Below are positions 59,931-64,000 of a stretch of DNA of 64,000 bases, piece by piece. Under the pieces are notes generated by a model, which saw nothing but the letters and a program-made list of their open reading frames with translations, was not told the origin of the DNA and made no database searches. The position numbers and the translations under genes are program-made. Within the stretch, counting starts at the first letter, position 1. Every line of letters begins with the position of its first letter. This stretch comes from Eledone cirrhosa (lineage: Eukaryota): contig OZ024740.1 of NCBI GenBank assembly GCA_964016885.1, positions 215,822,001 to 215,886,000 of the forward strand. The letters are read 5' to 3'.

Positions 59931-61699
59931 CACCATGTAACAAACATTTTTTTTTCTCTGTTCCTGGCTTGTAATCATTTTTTTGTGTTGCTTAGGTCCC
60001 AAATCAATAAAAAAAGTGCTATTAAACAGTTAAAAGTTTGGGTTTGTAAAAATTCTAAGCTATTCGCTAGAATTATTTGTATGTTGGATTTTACGTTCTA
60101 TGTAAGTTTAATTTGCTTATGTTAAATTATTTTTTTATATATGTTTCAGGTTAAATTAAAATTATAAAATAAAGAGTAATACCTAAAGAAAATTATAAAA
60201 GTGCAATAAAGTATAAAATTGTTAAAAAGTGGATTAAAGAGATTTATTGATACTGGGGTACCAGAAAAAGTTCCTCACTTCCCAAACCAAAAAGAAGTCA
60301 ATGACTTGGTCAGGGATAGGGGTCTGACCAAGTCCAATGCAGAGCTATTCGTCTCCAGGATGAAGCAGTGGAACTTGGTCAAGGAGGAAATGCAGGTGAC
60401 AAGTCAGAGAAGTCGACACGAACCTTTCTCAGGCTTTTACACTCTTAGGGATGGCCTCTGCTTCTGCCATGACGTGCCTGGACTGTTTGACGTTATTGGG
60501 GTGCCGTTTGTGCCCAAGGAGTGGCGGCTATTTATAGACAGCTCCACCACAAGTTTGAAGGCTGTCCTCCTCCACAATGAAAACAAGTTCCCGACACTGC
60601 CCTTAGCTCATTCAGTCTGCCTGAAGGAAGATTACTACAGTGTGAAAGTCCTCTTGGAAGCTCTGCAATACAACCAGTACAATTGGGAAATCATTGGAGA
60701 CTTCAAGATGGTGGCTTTCCTGCTTGGACTCCAAGGAGGCTTTATCAAATTCCAATGCTTCCTCTGCCTTTGGGACAGCAGAGCCACCTCTGACCACTAC
60801 AAAAAAAAAGAACTGGGAGTAGCGAACAGAATTTGTAGTTGGGACCCGGAACGTCATGTGGGAGCCACTGGTTGATCCCAGGATTGTGCTCATGCCGCCA
60901 CTGCACATTAAGTTGGGGTTGATGAAGCAGTTTGTGAAGGCTCTCAACCAAGAATCAGCCGCTTTTAAGTACCTTCTTGAGTTCTTCCCCAAGTTATCTG
61001 AGGCCAAAAGCAAAGGTGGAACTTTTGTTCGACCTCAGACAAAGAAGGTGTTTGAGTCTACCGAGTTCTCCAATAAGCTCAATAGGATTGAGAGAACAGC
61101 ATGGAACTGTTTCAAGGCAGTTGTTAAGGGCTTCCTGGGCAACTACAGAGCTGAAAACTACCAGCAACTGGTGCAGGATCTTATAAAGGCTTTTGGCGCC
61201 ATGGGATGCAGGATATCGCTTAAACTCCATATACTGGACGCTCACCTGGAAAAATTCAAGGACAATATGGGCGCCTACTCAGAAGAACAAGGCGAACGAT
61301 TCCACCAAGATGTGAAAGAGATAGAGCGGAGGTACAAGGGCCACTACAATGAAAATATGATGGGGGACTATATCTGGGGGTTAGTGCGGGAATGTGACCT
61401 GGACTACAACCGCAAATCCAGGAAATCCAGTCATTTTCTGATGTGTATAAGTTGCTTTATAAGTGTTATTTGTTTTTACTTGTTTGCCTTTGATAAGCTT
61501 GTGTAATAAAATGAATATATACTCTGTTGATTTAATTATATGAACTGATAAATTTTAAAAAAATGTGTTTTTTCTTGAAAAATAGGAAAATTTCAAAATA
61601 TCAAACTCCTGACCACAAACCCAAACTTCTGATTAAATAATAGTGTTTTTAAAAAAAATAATAATGGGAACAAAGGAACAAAAAATATGTTACACGGTG
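59931..61699 (+). mobile_element. Chapaev3-type (CMC) DNA transposon nested in PLE #2
   Basis: Termini CACCATGTAACA...TGTTACACGGTG form imperfect ~33-bp TIRs. TTA lies on both flanks. Excision rejoins the PLE RT frame (YRDDTLLLANMN|NQSMGRLRKNI). Confidence 0.85.
60219..61506 (+). pseudogene. Chapaev3-like transposase (N-terminally deleted, frameshift and stop near 60801-60822)
   Basis: WRLFIDSS..SLKAVLLHN, GDFKMV..LLGLQGG..K..CFLCLWDSR, PPLHIKLGLMKQFVKAL, KLHILDAHL, SEEQGERFHQD. Confidence 0.85.
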
Positions 61700-62620
61700 T
61701 TATTCATGTTAGCTAAAAGGAGGGTGTCGTCCCTATAACTTCCTCATTGGAGGTTACTAAATTCCTTATGTAAGTTATGTCTGTTACTAGATCCCATTGT
61801 AATGTCGAAGCTATCCTGTCTGTTTTTTCGTTCCCAGTAACTATTTTCGAATCTAATGATAGTTCTCCTAGCAGCTAGTATTATTCTAATTTTATCAGAG
61901 GTTAGGTCTGAAGTTTTCCGGGCAAAGTCGAGCGCTTTATTTAGGGTGACTGGGGAGATGGAAAAGTAGTAGTCGTTGATATCGAACTGTATGAAGTTGG
62001 ATGTTTCCCTACTGTCTATTTTGTTAAACCAATCTATTGCTTCATTAGTGTTACCCCATAGTTTAACTTCTAGTTTGTCCTTGATTTGCGCTATTACTCT
62101 ATCTAGTATATACTTGCTAATTCAACCTATATCTGACTTCGATGGGCATATTAATCTAATTGTAGGGTCTGTTTCGAAACTATTTTTGTGATCTTTTAGG
62201 TTTAATATGGGGTTACAAGAGGTCCTTCCTTATTAATGTCCGTGAGTGTAGATTTGGTAGTTTTCCTGTATTTGTTGTGTAGTTCACGGCGTATAAAGTT
62301 ATTGTATGTGTTAAGGCTTATGTGTATACATTTGATGTTTTGTATTTCTTTTCAAGTTATTGTTATCATTACTGTCATCACTATTTTTCACATCCACTTA
62401 CTCACCATTATAACTTCAACTACCACCACTACCACTACTATTATCAGTAACCGTATTTTGTACTTATTTTAAACTTATTTTTTTACATCTTTATCATTTG
62501 CATTTTTACTTCTTTATACTTTTATTATTGTTTATTATCTTTTATTATTGATGTTATTGTTTTCATTCACTTGATTCTCCGATGCATCTATAAATCCAAA
62601 TGCCATGTGTTACACCCTCC

Positions 62621-62733
62621 AATATTCCGATGATTTGATTAGACACACACTGTATTTAAGGTCGAGTAATGCAATTTCGAGCAATCAGCGGACCCTAGAC
62701 TCACCTGATCAATGAAACAATTGTTAATACTGT
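62621..62733 (+). ncRNA. Hammerhead-like motif in PLE #2 pLTR (CCGATGA core; mirror copy at ~57825-57937 on the minus strand)
   Basis: TATT-CCGATGA-tTTGATTAG...CTGATCAAt-GAA-ACAATTGT-T-AATA. Confidence 0.65.
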
Positions 62734-62944
62734 AAATAAAACCCTTTTTGTACAGCCGACCATGTTATTCTTCACTCTTTCACTACTATTACTCCAAGAA
62801 TGACCTGCATGGGAATTCTCGCAAACTCGCTACCTAACTAAGGAAACCTCTTGTTGAGTCAAACAACGCCGTACGTTAAAACTATCCATAGTACAGAGTA
62901 CTCACAACCTCTAACTGGATTACCTAAAACGATAACTTGCTATC

Positions 62945-63101
<157 letters not shown>

Positions 63102-63689
63102 TACAAGAAAAGAAGTAGGCTGCGTGGTTACTGTAAACAAAGTGTAAGATGGTAATATGGACGTAAACAAGAGAAGAAAAGAGCCCTTCATCAGCTGTTA
63201 ACTGCGGATCATAGATGTTTCGGCGCTTATAACAGGACATCGAAATCGATCGGCAGTGCGCCCAAAGCCTTTTATCAATCAAAAGGCCACGAGGGAAAGA
63301 AAAGATAGTGAAGAGAGAGGAAGAAAGAGGAAAAAGGAAGGAGGAAAAAACGAAGTAAACAAACCGAATGGAGGAGGGACACAGGGGTGTGGCACATGCA
63401 AGTGAGTAACCGAGGAGAAAATAGAATAAGTTAAAACGGACTGACTGGACTTACGCCCTGTGGTCATATAACTGCAGAGCGAGGTTTTTCCGTGCGATCT
63501 CAGCAAAGTGAGTGTAGAGAGAGAGAGAGAGAGAGAGAGAAAAAGACGGAGAAACTGGAAGTGAGAGGCAGAAGGGAAAGGGAGATAATCCAAAAGGGGT
63601 TTACACCATGTGTGATGTATATATATATATATTATTGAGTAAAATGACATGAGGCTGGACTGGTGAAATTTCTTAAAGGTTTATTATAA

Positions 63690-63872
63690 ACACTATGCAC
63701 ATTTCAATGGCCGGGTTCTGCAAGAGCCCGGAGACATGATCAGGTGTTACGAAATTCATCTAATAAAGGAATATAATAATGGTAGACACAATCCAATTAC
63801 GTCGAGAGCTTTTTCTAATATTACATCACGGTTGACTATACGGAATGACCAGTTCTATCCAGTGGTGAACCA
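63690..63872 (+). pseudogene. Possible CR1/L2-type LINE C-terminal remnant
   Basis: GDMIRCYEI and SRLTIRNDQFYPVVN resemble the CR1 GDMIxxYKI and RLxxRxxFFxxRVVN motifs. Confidence 0.35.
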
Positions 63873-63932
63873 ACAAACCTAAATTTATATATATCCAGCA
63901 AACCTAAATGTATATATATCCAACAAACCTAA

Positions 63933-63994
<62 letters not shown>

Positions 63995-64000
63995 GTATGT

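Larger units (their letters stand above)
57720..62752 (-). mobile_element. Penelope-like retroelement #2 (degenerate) with ~380-bp inverted pLTR and ~85-bp tail
   Basis: 57806-58186 inverts to 62372-62751. Minus-strand RT motifs QFDINDYYFSI, FDITMGS, YRDD and DFLDVTLNL. Endonuclease region CNC..CPL..C, IVN..HYIGAT, CGLCSMELLHIL..LLN..CRH. Confidence 0.88.

Noticed and set aside
60795-60830. Programmed frameshift at the A-run in the transposase
   Set aside because: The downstream frame also contains a TAG. Homopolymer slippage or sequencing error plus decay is simpler.

Overview
This is a repeat-saturated, AT-rich eukaryotic intergenic or intronic window with no recognisable intact host gene. 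The SINE repertoire and very long (TA)n/(CA)n tracts suggest an octopus/cephalopod genome (inference). It holds two large, defective Penelope-like retroelements (PLEs; RT + GIY-YIG) with inverted pseudo-LTRs, one of them interrupted by a Chapaev3-type DNA transposon with a TTA target duplication. It also holds RTE, L1/Tx1-like and CR1-like LINE fragments, two tRNA-SINE families, two non-autonomous Helitrons, a hAT-like MITE and several minisatellites. The most striking signal is about 20 short non-coding 'palindrome + one-sided tail' elements from many sequence-unrelated families, nearly all embedded in (TA)n. They share the architecture of the two large PLEs. Many carry foldable type I hammerhead ribozymes with palindromic stem III, some with non-canonical cores. 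Several unrelated families share a quasi-palindromic GAGYRCTY motif about 15-40 nt into the tail. Almost all ORFs in the ORF track are microsatellite artefacts. Folds and alignments were done by eye and coordinates are approximate to a few bases.
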